A stretch of 64,000 nt of DNA from Octopus sinensis (taxonomy: Eukaryota), in the NCBI RefSeq assembly GCF_006345805.1, contig NC_043015.1:7006001-7070000 (forward strand), read 5' to 3'. Below, piece by piece: positions 1 through 13,720 of the stretch (position 1 is the stretch's first letter; every line of letters starts with the position of its first letter). The translations under genes and the position numbers were made by a program. The notes below the pieces were generated by a model. That model ran no database searches and was not told the origin of the DNA. It saw only the letters and a program-made list of their open reading frames with translations.

Positions 1-399
1 TAAAGTAGTATTAAAATTGGGATTCCGTTTAATGAAGTGACCGATATTTGAAATGTTGCTTAACTATTGGTAGTTGTTTATGAAAAAAATATATGCACGA
101 GGATTGATTATCATTGAATGAACATTCAAAATATGAAAACACACTCCTCAATCGGGACCAATTTTAAGAAAAAGCACATAATTCAGTGCTACGAAATGAT
201 GTAGGAGCTTACTGGGAAAAGGACATATTAAACTGACCTTACATATTCAATCAAAACTTGTTTGCATATTTAGTTTAAGGTTGATAAAATATATAGTCAA
301 TGCATAATAGAGCATATAGAATTAATGGATGAAAAATTCTTCAAAACTAAATACATAAACTCAACAAGATATTATTAAGATTACATACTTCTTTCACAG

Positions 400-497
400 T
401 TACGCATTCTAGATATGTGGTCCCAATTCCAGAAAATCCTTGCTGCATAGAAAAGTGTGATGGCTGGAGGAGGGCCAATCACTGTGACATTAAGTAG
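400..497 (+). CDS. Candidate Cys-rich (terminal) exon, unknown gene
   Basis: Acceptor-like cttctttcacag ends at 399. One frame reads xTHSRYVVPIPENPCCIEKCDGWEEANHCDIK then TAG (495-497). No homology recognised; another frame also reads LRILDMWSQFQKILAA*. Confidence 0.2.
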
Positions 498-609
498 ACT
501 TAAAATTGATGTAATGCTCCCACGAAAAGAAAAAAAAATAATGCATGTAGAATTCTTTTAGAAGAATGAACAATGCAATCCATCCTAATTGCTAGACATA
601 ATTGACACA

Positions 610-1035
610 TTAGGTTACAGCCTTAAAACTTGCACTCAGTGCGGAGTTTCGTGCTGGCTCCTGCGGAGGACTTATTGTGTCTTCGGCCTAAAACTAAACA
701 GAACAATAATAATAAAGAATTTATTGGTACCCTAACAATATGATATGACCCTACCAATATGGTATTACTTGAAATTCAGCTTAACTGAGAAACTTGTAAG
801 CACATAAATTTCTGGAGTTCTTTAAAATTGGAATTTTCAGCTATTAGCAAATGACAAATAGTCATCCCAACCTGATCCCAATGCTGAATATACAATGATC
901 AAATGAAGGGTAGATTTTCAAACCTGGGTTCACCATGATTCCAGAACGGTATATGTCTATGTAGAGCAAATGTAGATTGAGATATAGGGGTTCCGGATGG
1001 ACAGACGGACAGAATTTCTAGTTTATTATTATTGA
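610..1035 (-). mobile_element. Non-autonomous Helitron-like element
   Basis: On the minus strand it starts TC (TCAATAATAATAAAC...ctgtccgtctgtcc) and ends CTAA. An imperfect hairpin (aaact-t-gcact-c-agtgc-gg-agttt, 626-649) lies 12 nt before the end. It sits between A and T with no TSD. Confidence 0.55.
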
Positions 1036-2339
1036 TGAAGCTTAATATGACTGTGGGGTGAGGTGACCATCATCTTCATTTTGAAACGTAAAACTGGAAG
1101 GTTCACGGAGAAATAATTATAAACTTGTTGCATTATTCAGTACAAAATGTTAGATTTTAAATTTTTTTATAAGCTAATATATATTCTGAGAAAAGAAATT
1201 GAATTTTAGTTTCAATTGAAAAATTTTGAATTGAGAATTTGATAATATATGGAAAACATTTCGATAAATGCCTTCTATCAGACATGAATTATTTTGAATT
1301 TGACAGAATCAACCCATGGTATGCTTCAAATATTGCAGAGGTATCATGTAAATTCAGTTTCAAACTTAAATTTTCAAAAACAATACGAGCGTTTTGCAGA
1401 TGAGGTTAAAATCAGTTTATACAATATTAACTGAATGAATAATTGAAGGTCATCTATTTTCTTTCAAATATATATGCAGCTCTCCATTTTCAATATTAAT
1501 TACTATACATAGAAAATAATTTTGTGGAGATGATTTCGAATTGTGTTTTATTATTAAATTATACATCCCACCGTAGTCGATTTTTTTTTCTTTTACTCTC
1601 CAGGGTCAATAAAAAATGTAATAATTGTGTACTGGAAATGATATAATCGACTAGTTCCTCCAACCAAAATTTCAGGCCTTGCGCCTATAGTAGTAAGAAT
1701 TATTACATCATATATAGAGAAATCATTGTTTACATGTTACTCATTGTATATAACAGTTTTTACTGGCTGCTAAATATGTATTTTCAATTCAATTGCTGTT
1801 ACTTTATAGCGATTTCCCCGGGTTAGATATATATTTTTTTTCATATGAAATTTATGCTGGTCACTTCAGAGAACTTTTTCTGTTAATTTTTTTCTTTCTA
1901 CGCTCTGCAGTTGCTTAGCTCCCACTTTGGATTGAACCTGTAATTTAAAACGGGAAAACAATTGCATCTATTTTTCTGAAACTGATTTTTAGCTGATTTC
2001 ATGTAATATCTTCAGCTTTAAATATTCTGATATTTATAAGATTCATCGTTAGCCTTCTCCGTCAATTTTTGTCATTTATCTCATTCGTTTCATCTACCCT
2101 TACATCTACCCATGGGCGGTTCTGGTCAATTTCTTTAAGTTCAGTGCCTGTGTTTAATGTTTCCTGTTCAAGTCAATTTGCCTTTGTTATGTTTTATTTG
2201 GTGCGTTCTTCTTCTTCTTTTCTTTTGTAATGTAGCAAAATAATATTGACCTCTAACAGAGGCACAAGGTCACATATTTCGGATAAGTTCACTGTAAAGT
2301 CGATGGGATCAAAACAGTAAACGATCATACATCAAAGGT

Positions 2340-2550
2340 CTATTACTACTACTACTACCACCACCACCACCAACAACACCATCACTACCACCACTACTAA
2401 GAACAGCAACAACAACAACACCACCACGACCACCACTACTACAACTAACAACAGCAACAAAACCACAACCAGCACTACTACTACTACTACCAACAACAAC
2501 AACAACGCTACCACAACCACTACTACTACTACTGTTGCTGCTGCTGTTAC
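2340..2550. repeat. Compound trinucleotide microsatellite (ACT/ACC/AAC)n
   Basis: Direct reading; explains the poly-V/L and poly-S/G ORFs. Confidence 0.95.
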
Positions 2551-3512
2551 ATAAAATTTTTTTCAATATTTGATACAATACTACACAATTTCCCAAATTA
2601 ATATACGTATATATCAATGTTCATTTGAATTGTCAAAGCATTCCATAGCATATTCATAAATATCTTGCTTAAAAAAAAAAGAAGCCAGACTAGAAGAATG
2701 TCGTGTATTCTCGATCCTCAAAATTCGAAATACAAAATATATTGTTTCGATTAGATGGGTTTCAGCAGGACTATAACTACCGTGAGCTAGTAAATATTTA
2801 ACAATTTTAAATGTTACGGAGATGTACTTGCATAGCAAGTAACCTGATCTGCGATCGTGTGCTGGAACGAAAACAATTGCAGCGTGGAAGGTGTTTATAA
2901 GCCATTTAAGAAACACACAAAACACCGTTAGATTCACTTCAACATTTAAATTTAATTTGTCAAAATATTTTCTTCGCTTTGAGACCGCAACCTGTTCACT
3001 GACAAAATTCCGTGCTGCATCTAATTTTATTTTAGATGTATTTTTAATTTGCATGGCAATACATAGAAATTTAATGGAAAAAAAAAACTCGTTCTGAAAG
3101 CAGTAGTAGCAGTAGTAGTAGTTGATCAATCTTTTTAAGACATTGCTATTTCGTTTGAATGTTTAATCCAAGATATTCCAGCTTCTTTTTCGTGTTACCC
3201 TATTTAAACTTTCCATACTGAACTGCACATGGAATTATTTCCTAAGAATTTGCTACTACTCCAGGCAGATCGGTTCGAACCTGATTATATTTCCTTGAGT
3301 CGATTTATTATAAACAAATCTTAATACTGCCGGCGTGTTTCGATTTTATGGCATCCTCGTTAGCATAGAAGAATCTTCGAAGGCATCATTTTTCTAGTAG
3401 AGATATAAATCATTAAAGCAGTCGTAGTAGTTGAATTAGTAGTAATAGTAGCAGCAGCAGCTACGAAAGCGTCCGACTTGTAGCCATGACAGTATTAATA
3501 AGTAGTAATATT

Positions 3513-4370
3513 AAGGCGGCGAGCCGATAGAAACGTTAGCACTCCGAGCTAAATGCTTAGCAGTATTTCGTCTGTCTTTACGTTCTGAGTTCAAATTCCG
3601 TCGAGGTCGACTTTGCCTTTCATCCTTCGGGGTCGATAAATTAAGTACCAGTTACGCACTGGGGGCGATGTAATCGACTTAATCCGTTTGTCTGTCCTTG
3701 TTTCTCCCCTCTATGTTTAGCCCCTTGTGGGTAATAAAGAAATAAGAAACGTTACCACGCCGAGCGAAATGCTTAACGGTATTTGCTTTCTTAACGTTTT
3801 GAGTTCAAATTCCGTCGAGGTCGACTTTGCATTTCATCCTTTCAGGGACGATAAATTAAATACCAGTCGCGTACTAGTTCGATCTAATCGACTGGCACCC
3901 TCCCCCAAAATTTCGGGCGTTGTGTCTAGTGTAGAAAAGAATAAGTAGTAATATTAATAAAATAGTAATAAAGAATCGTCAGCACACCGGAGAAAATGCT
4001 TAGCGGCATTTCGTTCGTCTATACTTTAGGTTTCCTTTCGTTATGGATAAAGTAAGTATCAGTTAAACATTACATTCAATGTAATGGACCTATTCTATTT
4101 GTATAACTTGCTGGCCTTGTACAAAAAGACTGAAACCAATATGAATAAAAGTAGTAAGGCAGTGAGGTCGCAGAATGACTAACACATTCGACGAAATGCT
4201 TGAAGACGTTTCTATCGTCTTTACGTTCGGAGTTAAATTTCTGTCGCGTTGGACTTCGCTTTTCGGCCTTCGCTTTTCAATCAAATAAGAACAAGTTGAG
4301 GAGTGAGGTCGATGTAAACCATTTCCCACACCTCAAAATTTCTAGCATTGTACTAAAATTAAAAAGGAAT
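3513..4370 (+). mobile_element. Head-to-tail cluster of four SINE group A copies (about 3513-3746, 3747-3945, 3973-4140, 4160-4370)
   Basis: Each repeats the motif series cgaaatgcttagcggtatttcg / gagttcaaattcc (B-box-like) / gtcgactttgcctttcatcctttcggggtcgataaattaagtaccagt / ggggtcgatgtaatcgact. Progressively decayed. Confidence 0.85.
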
Positions 4371-4804
4371 ATTGCTAAAAGTGATATCAATATTTTTGTC
4401 AACAAAAGCTGTCTCAACAATAATTGTTATTAATGAAGAATTCATCACATCAGTAGTAATGGTAATAGCAGCATTGTTAGAATTATGAGAGCGTCAGAAA
4501 TTCTTTCTGCCGTTCCTCCCTATTCCCTATTTTTAGAATTCAGTTCTCCTAGGGTCAAATTTGCATTTCCTCTCTCCGGAATTGATAAAATAAAACATCT
4601 GTTGATATCGATGGTATTGGTTTCAAAATTTCAAACTTGCTGATGTTTTGCCTAAACCAGAAGACATTGTAAAATAGCGGCAAATGGACTGAACTTAAAG
4701 TCTCAGGAGAAATATTTGCAGGTTTTTTTTTTCGGTTTTCCCTTTCTGTGCTCACATCCTTTCGCGGTCAAATTTACTTTTCATTTTTTGAATTTGATAG
4801 AATA

Positions 4805-4922
4805 AATTATTTATTCATTTATTTATTTATGCGCCCTTTTCAAGCCTAGCCAGGCTCATGGGCCCGGTTTCCCGGTTTCTGTGGCGAGTCCACTGCTCTA
4901 ACCATTGGGCCATTGCGCCTTC
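4805..4922 (-). mobile_element. SINE group C head fused to a short distinct 3' tail (internally deleted)
   Basis: Plus-strand ctaaccattgggccattgcgcct matches the head of 35507-36022 and 53422-53720; it adjoins (ttta)n-tgcgccctttt-caagcctagccaggctcatgggcccggtttcc. Confidence 0.55.
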
Positions 4923-5459
4923 CGATAGAATAAATTACCAATCAAAGTACAGGGGTCGCTGTAATCAACTCCTACTGAAAACTGTTGGTCTTTTGCCTAA
5001 CTGTAAAAGCATTATTATTATCTTGCTATTGTTGTTGTTTCGGTGGCAGTAGTGGTAGTAGTAGTAGTAGTAGTAGTAGTACTGGTAGTAGAAGTAGAGA
5101 ATGATGTTTACTGTTGTTAGTGGTAATAGTCATATGATGCCAATGTGGCTGTTTCGCTAGAAATATTGTTGTAATGCATTTATGTCAATCCTAAATACAA
5201 ATACCGTAAAAAAAAAAAGAAAGCCAATATATCAAGGCCATACTATATACTTAATGTGATTGATTGCAAGTTTATTTATTTATGTTTTTTTTTTTTTGCT
5301 TGGATATAGTTAGCACTTGTCTCATGGCTTACACACAGAAAATGTGTTCCCCGAAACAAATTATTTAAATTCTAACTAGTCTGGTTTAGTTCTTTGCGCA
5401 AATTAACAATGATCGATGGGAATATATCATGTATTTATATATCATGTATCTATGAATAA

Positions 5460-5557
5460 GTATACATCTATATAAATATATATATATATATATGGGTGTA
5501 TATATTTGTGTATACACAAACATACACATATATATATATACACATTCATACATACGG

Positions 5558-5591
<34 letters not shown>

Positions 5592-5611
5592 ATGCACATT
5601 CATACATACGG

Positions 5612-5645
<34 letters not shown>

Positions 5646-5959
5646 ATGCACATACATATACATACATATATATATATATGCACATACATATACATATATA
5701 TATATATATATGCACATACATATACATATATATATATATATACACATATATATACACATATATATATACACATATATACATATATATGTACACATATATA
5801 TATGTGTATATATATATATGTACACATATATATGTGTATATATATATATGTACACATATAGATATGTATATATATATGTATATATATATATATATATATA
5901 TTTGTATACATATATATATGTGTATACATATATATATGTGTATATATATATGTATATAT

Positions 5960-6000
<41 letters not shown>
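5460..6000. repeat. Compound (TA)n/(TACA)n/(CA)n microsatellite
   Basis: Direct reading. Confidence 0.97.
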
Positions 6001-6006
<6 letters not shown>

Positions 6007-6494
6007 TATAAATATTGTAAACAACTTTTCTAAGCATATGATTAATAAACATATCGTTCATCGCGCAGAGAAAGATACATCAGTCATAAACCACAACGCT
6101 GCTAAACGCCCAAACACCAGACTGATTTAACCAATAAACTTTGCTCGACTTAACGTCTACTAAAGCTACTTCCAGGAGGCGGTAAATGCAGTCGCGGTTG
6201 ATGAGATCTAAATGTTCCACTGTCATCGCTATCATCGAGTCAATCGTAAGTGTGACGCTCTAGACGATTGTGTAGTCAAACGTCGCCATTGGTCTATGTT
6301 CCCCGCCATGCGTAGCAGGGACGTGGTATTATGACATGTCTTTAGCGTTGTCAAAACAAGATGTTCTCTGTCCGTCTACATCTCTTTCACCCATCCGCAA
6401 TTATGTTCTGAAACACAGTTATGGACAGGGAGATGTAGCATAATAACTGACCGTATCAGGCAATCCTTCATTTTTGTGCTCGTACATCTTTTAT

Positions 6495-6900
6495 CGTCAA
6501 GAGTGCATAACATCTCATCAGAGATACGAAAACGTGCAGAGTCAAAGCTTATCAGGCACAAACGTTTACGTCAGAGGATATGGGAGGGAAGCAGTGATCA
6601 AAGGAGTTGGCCCAATCACTGATGATATCCAATACCAAGGAAGGCAGAATTATAAAACAGTCAACCTAATTAGTCGTTCCTGCAAAGAATTGCCAAGTGT
6701 TCTGCTAAATAGACTTCAGGTGAAGAGGGACGAAGTACTTCTATAAGAAGAGCTAGGATTTAGGCTCAAATGGAGTTCTGTGCAGCAGATATTTCGATAT
6801 CAGACCACTCACTGAGAAACAGCTGCAGCACCAATCTGACATACACTACAATTTCCTCGACTTTAAAAAATCTTTTATCCTGTTTGGCACGATGAATTGT
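6495..6900 (+). mobile_element. RTE-clade LINE reverse transcriptase fragment (frameshifted, with stops)
   Basis: Pieces translate as QRIWE, QNYKTVNLISRSCKELPSVLLNRLQVKRDEVLL*EELGFRLKWSSVQQIF and EKQLQHQSDIHYNFLDFKKSF..VWHDEL. These match RTE RT subdomains (NYRTISL, EEQAGFR, FIDFKKAFDRVWH). Confidence 0.85.
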
Positions 6901-6937
6901 GCATACATACATACAAACACACACACATATATATATA

Positions 6938-7312
6938 TTCTTTTATTTTTAAAATTATTTTACTTGTTTCAGTCATTTAACTGCGGTCATGCTGGAGCAC
7001 GACCCTTTGTCGAGAAAATCGACCCCAAGACCTATTCTTTGTAAGCCTAGAACTTATTTTGTCAGTCTTCTTTGCCGAACTGCTAGTTTAGAGAGAACGT
7101 AACCACGCCAGAATCAGTTGTCCAGCAATTTTGTGGGGACAGACACAGATACACAAACATAGACACATACAAACACACACACACATACATATACGACGGA
7201 CTTCTATCAGTTTCCGTCTACCAAATCCACAGACAAAGCTTAGGTCGGCCCGAGGTTATAGTAGAAGACACTTGCCCAAAGTACCACTTAGCACACATCC
7301 ACTCCTGCGCCT
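6938..7312 (-). mobile_element. SINE group B copy (CORE-like cttgggcaagtgtctt, internal microsatellite)
   Basis: Reverse complement of the element at 23576-23975 and 25030-25470; head partly deleted. Confidence 0.85.
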
Positions 7313-7479
7313 ATACTTACCACACATATATTGTTACATCTGCAAAATTATCACAGAATCTGAGATTCACGTCTCCGTTCGCTGGACAGTTGTGATGAAT
7401 AGTTTTGAAATTGTAATAAAAAGTATATCTGTCTGTGTATCTATCTATCTATTTATCTAACTATATCCCTTTTTTCTCT

Positions 7480-7534
7480 CTCTACTCCCTCTCTATGTAT
7501 ATATAGATACATAGACAGATAGATAGATAGATAT

Positions 7535-7565
<31 letters not shown>

Positions 7566-7615
7566 CACAGACAGACAGACAGATACTTAGATAGATAGAA
7601 AGATAGATAGATAAA
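7480..7615. repeat. (GATA)n/(GACA)n microsatellite
   Basis: Direct reading. Confidence 0.9.
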
Positions 7616-7738
7616 GAAACAAATATTTATGTGTATGTGTGTAGGGATGTGGTTCTGGGAAAACTGATATGCATATATGAATAGTTTTCGAAAGAAGAAT
7701 TTTTATACATTTGTAATGTAATGTTTTGCAGTGCATTA

Positions 7739-7960
7739 AAGGTGGCAAGCAGGCAGAATCATTAACACGCTGGGCAAAATGCATAACGCTATTTCGCCTG
7801 TCTTTACGTTCTGATTTCAGATTTCGCAGAGAGCAACATTACCTTTCATTCTATCGGGATAAATAAAACAAGTAGCAGCGAAACACTAGGATTGATGTAA
7901 TCTACTTACCCCTCCTCCTGAAATTGCTGTACGTTTGCCAATATTTGAAACCAATATTAT
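7739..7960 (+). mobile_element. SINE group A copy
   Basis: aaggtggcaagcaggcagaatcattaacacgc head and decayed central and 3' motifs shared with 3513-3746. Confidence 0.75.
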
Positions 7961-8019
7961 GAAGGGCATTAAAATATTCACCACTACAACTCAGTAGTTT
8001 GTATTTTTTTCATATACCA

Positions 8020-8293
8020 ACGAGGATGGGCTGATAAATTCAATGCTGACTATGAAAGTGTGATGTTACAACTGTAGTATCTTGTAAACATTTATTTCAG
8101 AACTTAATAACTGCATTGCTTCTCTCCAAGTAAACTGACATCTGACTATTTTAGAAGATTCAAATGTAACTAATAGCGAATTCTCTTGAAAGTGGATAAA
8201 ATCTGGCACGGCAGTGTCAACATGCACCTGCAGAAAATGGATTTATCCCCGAATGGCATTCATGCTAGCATCGTTGCTACATTAGCGGATGCT
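8020..8293 (+). mobile_element. 5' fragment of a mariner transposon (TIR plus N-terminal HTH)
   Basis: TIR-like acgaggatgggctgataaattc. From 8192 it reads VDKIWHGSVNMHLQKMDLSPNGIHASIVATLADA, resembling a mariner N-terminus (MxKxxxRxVIKYLxxKGxxPKxIHxxMVxxLG). Confidence 0.6.
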
Positions 8294-8519
8294 GTTGTTG
8301 TTGTTGTTAAGCATCAAGAAGTGTAAGGGGGATTAAGTGATGGTCTAGCGCTTAGGGGCGGGAGACACCAGACCTTGGAAAAAAATACTTTGTTCCTCTT
8401 CTTGTAGTTGAGGGCTCTTCGTTGACGCCCGACACCACTGGGAGGTGGCCCTCGAAGTCGCTCGAAATGGAGATCTCCATGTCCAAATTCTTGAATGGCT
8501 TAGAGGATGCTTGAATGGC

Positions 8520-8970
8520 CTGGTGCAGAGTTTTGTTTGCCAGACATACGGTCTTCCAGCAGCCACGCTCATGACCCAGGGTAGCACTACCTCCTCCGTG
8601 AACTTGATGAAGGCTTCAGTTTCAAGAGTGAGGCCGTTTGGGAAGATGAATACAGGCATAACGTCACCATCACTAGTGATCACTCAAAACACCATGATGT
8701 TGACTCGATGTTTGATCTTTATCATTTTCGGTATATATTCTCAGAATTGCACTGTCCTCATAATGACACCCGGTCTGAAATGTTCGTATTGGAGTTTCTG
8801 GCGAGAATGCCAAGCAGTACATACCGCATCCAAATTTCTGGCAGAGGGAATTGCATCACGGACAGTGCCCAACTGACCCTACTATAATCTTTAATCGAAA
8901 ATCAAAAGCAAACAATGCGCATGCGCGAAATGAAAATTATATAAAACGGCAGCAATTTACCCATCAAACG

Positions 8971-8973
<3 letters not shown>
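8520..8973 (-). mobile_element. Tc1/mariner maT (DD37D-like) transposon fragment
   Basis: Reads VITSDGDVMPVFIFPNGLTLETEAFIKFTEEVVLPWVMSVAAGRPYVWQ followed by a frameshifted (D/N)SAP motif. Its 5' non-coding end (gatgggtaaattgctgcc...tgcgcattgtttg) is homologous to 31176-31290. Confidence 0.8.
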
Positions 8974-9014
<41 letters not shown>

Positions 9015-9341
9015 ATATATATAATATATTTATTTATTTATATATCTGTATATAAATATGTATGTATGCATATATGTATTTATTTTGTATGTGTAGATGG
9101 CGTGTACGATATGTGTGCATTTTCGATAATAGTCAGTATTCTTGTCTATAATTAGGTTTAGAGGCCTAAATACGTTATCTAGTCGATTCGCTGAGCAGAG
9201 TTCGATTCAACATGTAGCGATCGAATATGCTCTCAGAAGTCGATTTTGCAGAAAGCAGCAGTTCACTTCTGAATCACCGAATCATTCATGCCCAGGTTCG
9301 AATCATATATGCATCCATTACTTTATGTTGCTGCTGCTAAG

Positions 9342-10828
9342 CTAATAATATAGCAAAACACATGTCCACGTGTGTGTGTATAATATATATATATGTATAT
9401 ATACATACATATATACATACATATACACATATAAATATACACATATATACACATATATACACATATACATATATATACACATATACATATATATACACAT
9501 ATATACACATATACATATATATACACATATATACACATATACATATATATACATATATATACCATATAATATATATACATATACATACATATACCTATAT
9601 ATACATATACATACATATACATATATATACATATACATATACAGTATACATATATATACATATATATATACATATACATATACATAACATAACATTATAT
9701 ATACATATATATATACATATACATAACATTATACATATATATACATATATATATACATATACATATACATATACATATATATATACTATATATATACATT
9801 ATATATATACATATATATATACAATATATACCATACTAATATATAAATACATATTACATACATATTATATACATATCATATAAATACATATATATATACA
9901 TATATTACGACATACATATACATACATATAATCACAATTCTATACATATATATACATATATATATATTACATACATATATACATATATATACTACATATA
10001 TATACATACATATACATACATATACATACATATATATACATAGATATAACATACATATACATACATATATAAACTATACATACATATATATATATATATA
10101 TACATACATATACATATATAGATTATACATACATATACTATATATACATACTCATAACATATATATACATACATATACATATATATACATACATATATAC
10201 ACATATATATACATACATATATATACACATATATATACACACATATCTCATACACATATATATACACATATATACATACATAAACATATATATACATACA
10301 TTCTATACAAATATATACACACATATCTATTCACATATATATACACATATATACACATATATATATACATATATATATACATATATATATACATATATAT
10401 TCTATACATATATATACATATATACATATCTATATACATATATATATACATATATAGAGATATAAATATATATACATATATATATACATATATATACATA
10501 TATATATACATATATATATACATAAATATACATATATATATAAATATATATACATATATATATACATATAATTACATATATATAACATATATTACATCGT
10601 ATATAGTATACATATATATACATATACATACATATATATACATATCATATACACATACATATACATATACATACATATACAATATACATACATATACATA
10701 CATATACATATACATACATATATAATACTATATATATATATACATATATTATATACATACATATATATACATACATATAATACATAATATATATACATAT
10801 ATATATACATACATATTAATACATACAG

Positions 10829-10864
<36 letters not shown>

Positions 10865-10992
10865 CATATATATACATATATATATATACTATATATACAT
10901 ATACATATATATACATATTACATATATATATATTATACATATATATACATATATATACATATATATAATATACATATAATACATATATATAC

Positions 10993-11027
<35 letters not shown>

Positions 11028-12609
11028 ATATATATATATACATATATATATACATATATATACCAATACATATACATATACATATATACATACATATACT
11101 ATATATATACATATACATATATATATATACATACATATACATATATATATACATACATATACATAATATATATACATACATATACAGATATAATCTACAT
11201 ACATATACATATATATATATACATACATTACATATATATAATACATACATTTACATATATATATATACATACATATACATATATATAGATACATCACATA
11301 TACATATATATATATATACATACATTACCTATATATATATATACCTTATATATATATATACATATTTAATATAATATCATACATATACATACATATATAT
11401 ACATATATATACATATATATACATATATATATACATATATATACATACATATACATACATATATATACATATATATACATACATATATATACATTATATA
11501 TACATACATATACTACATATATATATACATATACATATATATATACATACATATATATACATATACATATATATATAGACATACTATATATACATATTAT
11601 ACATACATATATATACATATATATACATACATATATATACATATATATATACATATACAAATATATATATACATAACATATATATATACATATACATATA
11701 CATATATACATATACATATAAATAATAACAGATACATATATATATATACATAGTACATATACATATATAACATATACATATACATATATATACATATACA
11801 TATACATATATATCCATATACATAATATACATATATATACAATATATACATATAATATACATATACATATATAACATATAATACATAGACATATATATAC
11901 ATATATATACATATACATATATATACATATATATATATACATACATATATATATATACATACATAACATATATATACATAACATACATATACATACATAT
12001 ACACCATATACATACATATACATACATATACATACATAACATCATATACAACCGACATAACATATACACTATACATACATATACATACATATACATACAT
12101 ATACATATACATACATATACATACATATACATACATAACATACATATACATACATATAACTACATATACTACATATACATGATACATACATATACATAAC
12201 ATATACATACATATACATATACATATACATATACACATAATATATAACATATATATATACTATTATTATACAATATATATACATATAGATACATATATAT
12301 ATACATATATATATATATATAAATACATATATATATATATACATATATATAATAACATATATATATATATAACATATATATATATATATACATATTATAT
12401 ATATATATTATACAATATATATATATTATACATATATATATATGTATATACAGATAGATATATGTATATACATATATATATATGTATTACATATAATATA
12501 TGTATATACATATAATATATATGTATTCCATATATTATATGGTATAACATATTATATAGATATATACATATATATATATATATATATAGACATATATATA
12601 TATATACAC

Positions 12610-12642
<33 letters not shown>

Positions 12643-12960
12643 ATTTTATATATATACATATATATAATATATACATATATTATATATATATATATACATA
12701 TATATACATATATATATACATAGATATACATATACATATTATACATATATATACATATATATATATATATATACATATATATAATATATTATATACATAT
12801 ATATATATATATATATATACATATATATATACATATATAAATATATATAATACATATATATATACATATATATACATATTATACATACATATATATATAT
12901 ATAGATATATATATATATATATATATAAATGTATACATATGTATGTATGTAATTATGTAT
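9342..12960. repeat. ~3.6 kb degenerate (TA)n/(TACA)n/(TATACA)n microsatellite array
   Basis: Direct reading; the source of dozens of spurious YIYI ORFs. Confidence 0.98.
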
Positions 12961-13314
12961 ATATATTTATATTGAACCATTTGAGCATTTAACGATGAGC
13001 TATAATTTAACAGTAGTGTTCTCACTCTCCCGGTGCGTACCGTTTCTCTTCACATATATATATTTACTCTTCCAAAAGAAACCGTCAAGTATCTAAAGAT
13101 CATTTTTGCGATGCAGTATAATGCAAATCAGTAGGAATGAAATAATCTTATATATTTCGAGGGGGAAAAAAAGCGGAAGAAAAGAAAAAGGGAAAAAAAA
13201 AAAAAAAAACAGATGTTTTCTTTGTGAGAATTGAAATTTTGTGGCTGTCGAACGTGTTTATCAAGTTGTTATTTTCTTTCTGTTAACGCAAGCTGACATT
13301 TATAAACTTACTCA

Positions 13315-13393
13315 CGCACACACACACACACACACATATGCATATATGTATACGTTTTTTATGAATGCATACATATATATATATATGTATATA

Positions 13394-13425
<32 letters not shown>

Positions 13426-13545
13426 TGTCTATATATATATAGATACATACATTATATATGTGTATATATATATATAGATACATACAGATGCATATATATG
13501 TATGTATATATATGATATATATGTTATTGTATATGTATACATATT

Positions 13546-13576
<31 letters not shown>

Positions 13577-13720
13577 GTATGTATATATATATGTATATAT
13601 ATATATGTGTATGTATAAATATATATGTATATGTATATATATTTATATATATATATATATACACATACATACACATACACATATATATGTACACATTAAT
13701 GTGTGTGTGTGTGTGTGTGT
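13315..13720. repeat. Compound (CA)n/(TA)n/(TG)n microsatellite
   Basis: Direct reading. Confidence 0.95.

Noticed and set aside
2614-3129. 171 aa minus-strand ORF containing KIVKYLLAHGS (ankyrin-like)
   Set aside because: There is no preceding TPLH/LHxA half-repeat and no second repeat. The ORF starts in a microsatellite and has no clear splice signals, so it is likely chance.
3513-3610. tRNA-like A/B boxes in SINE heads (also 23576, 25030, 36022, 53720)
   Set aside because: They are embedded in repeated SINE bodies and do not form a complete cloverleaf, so they are not tRNA genes.
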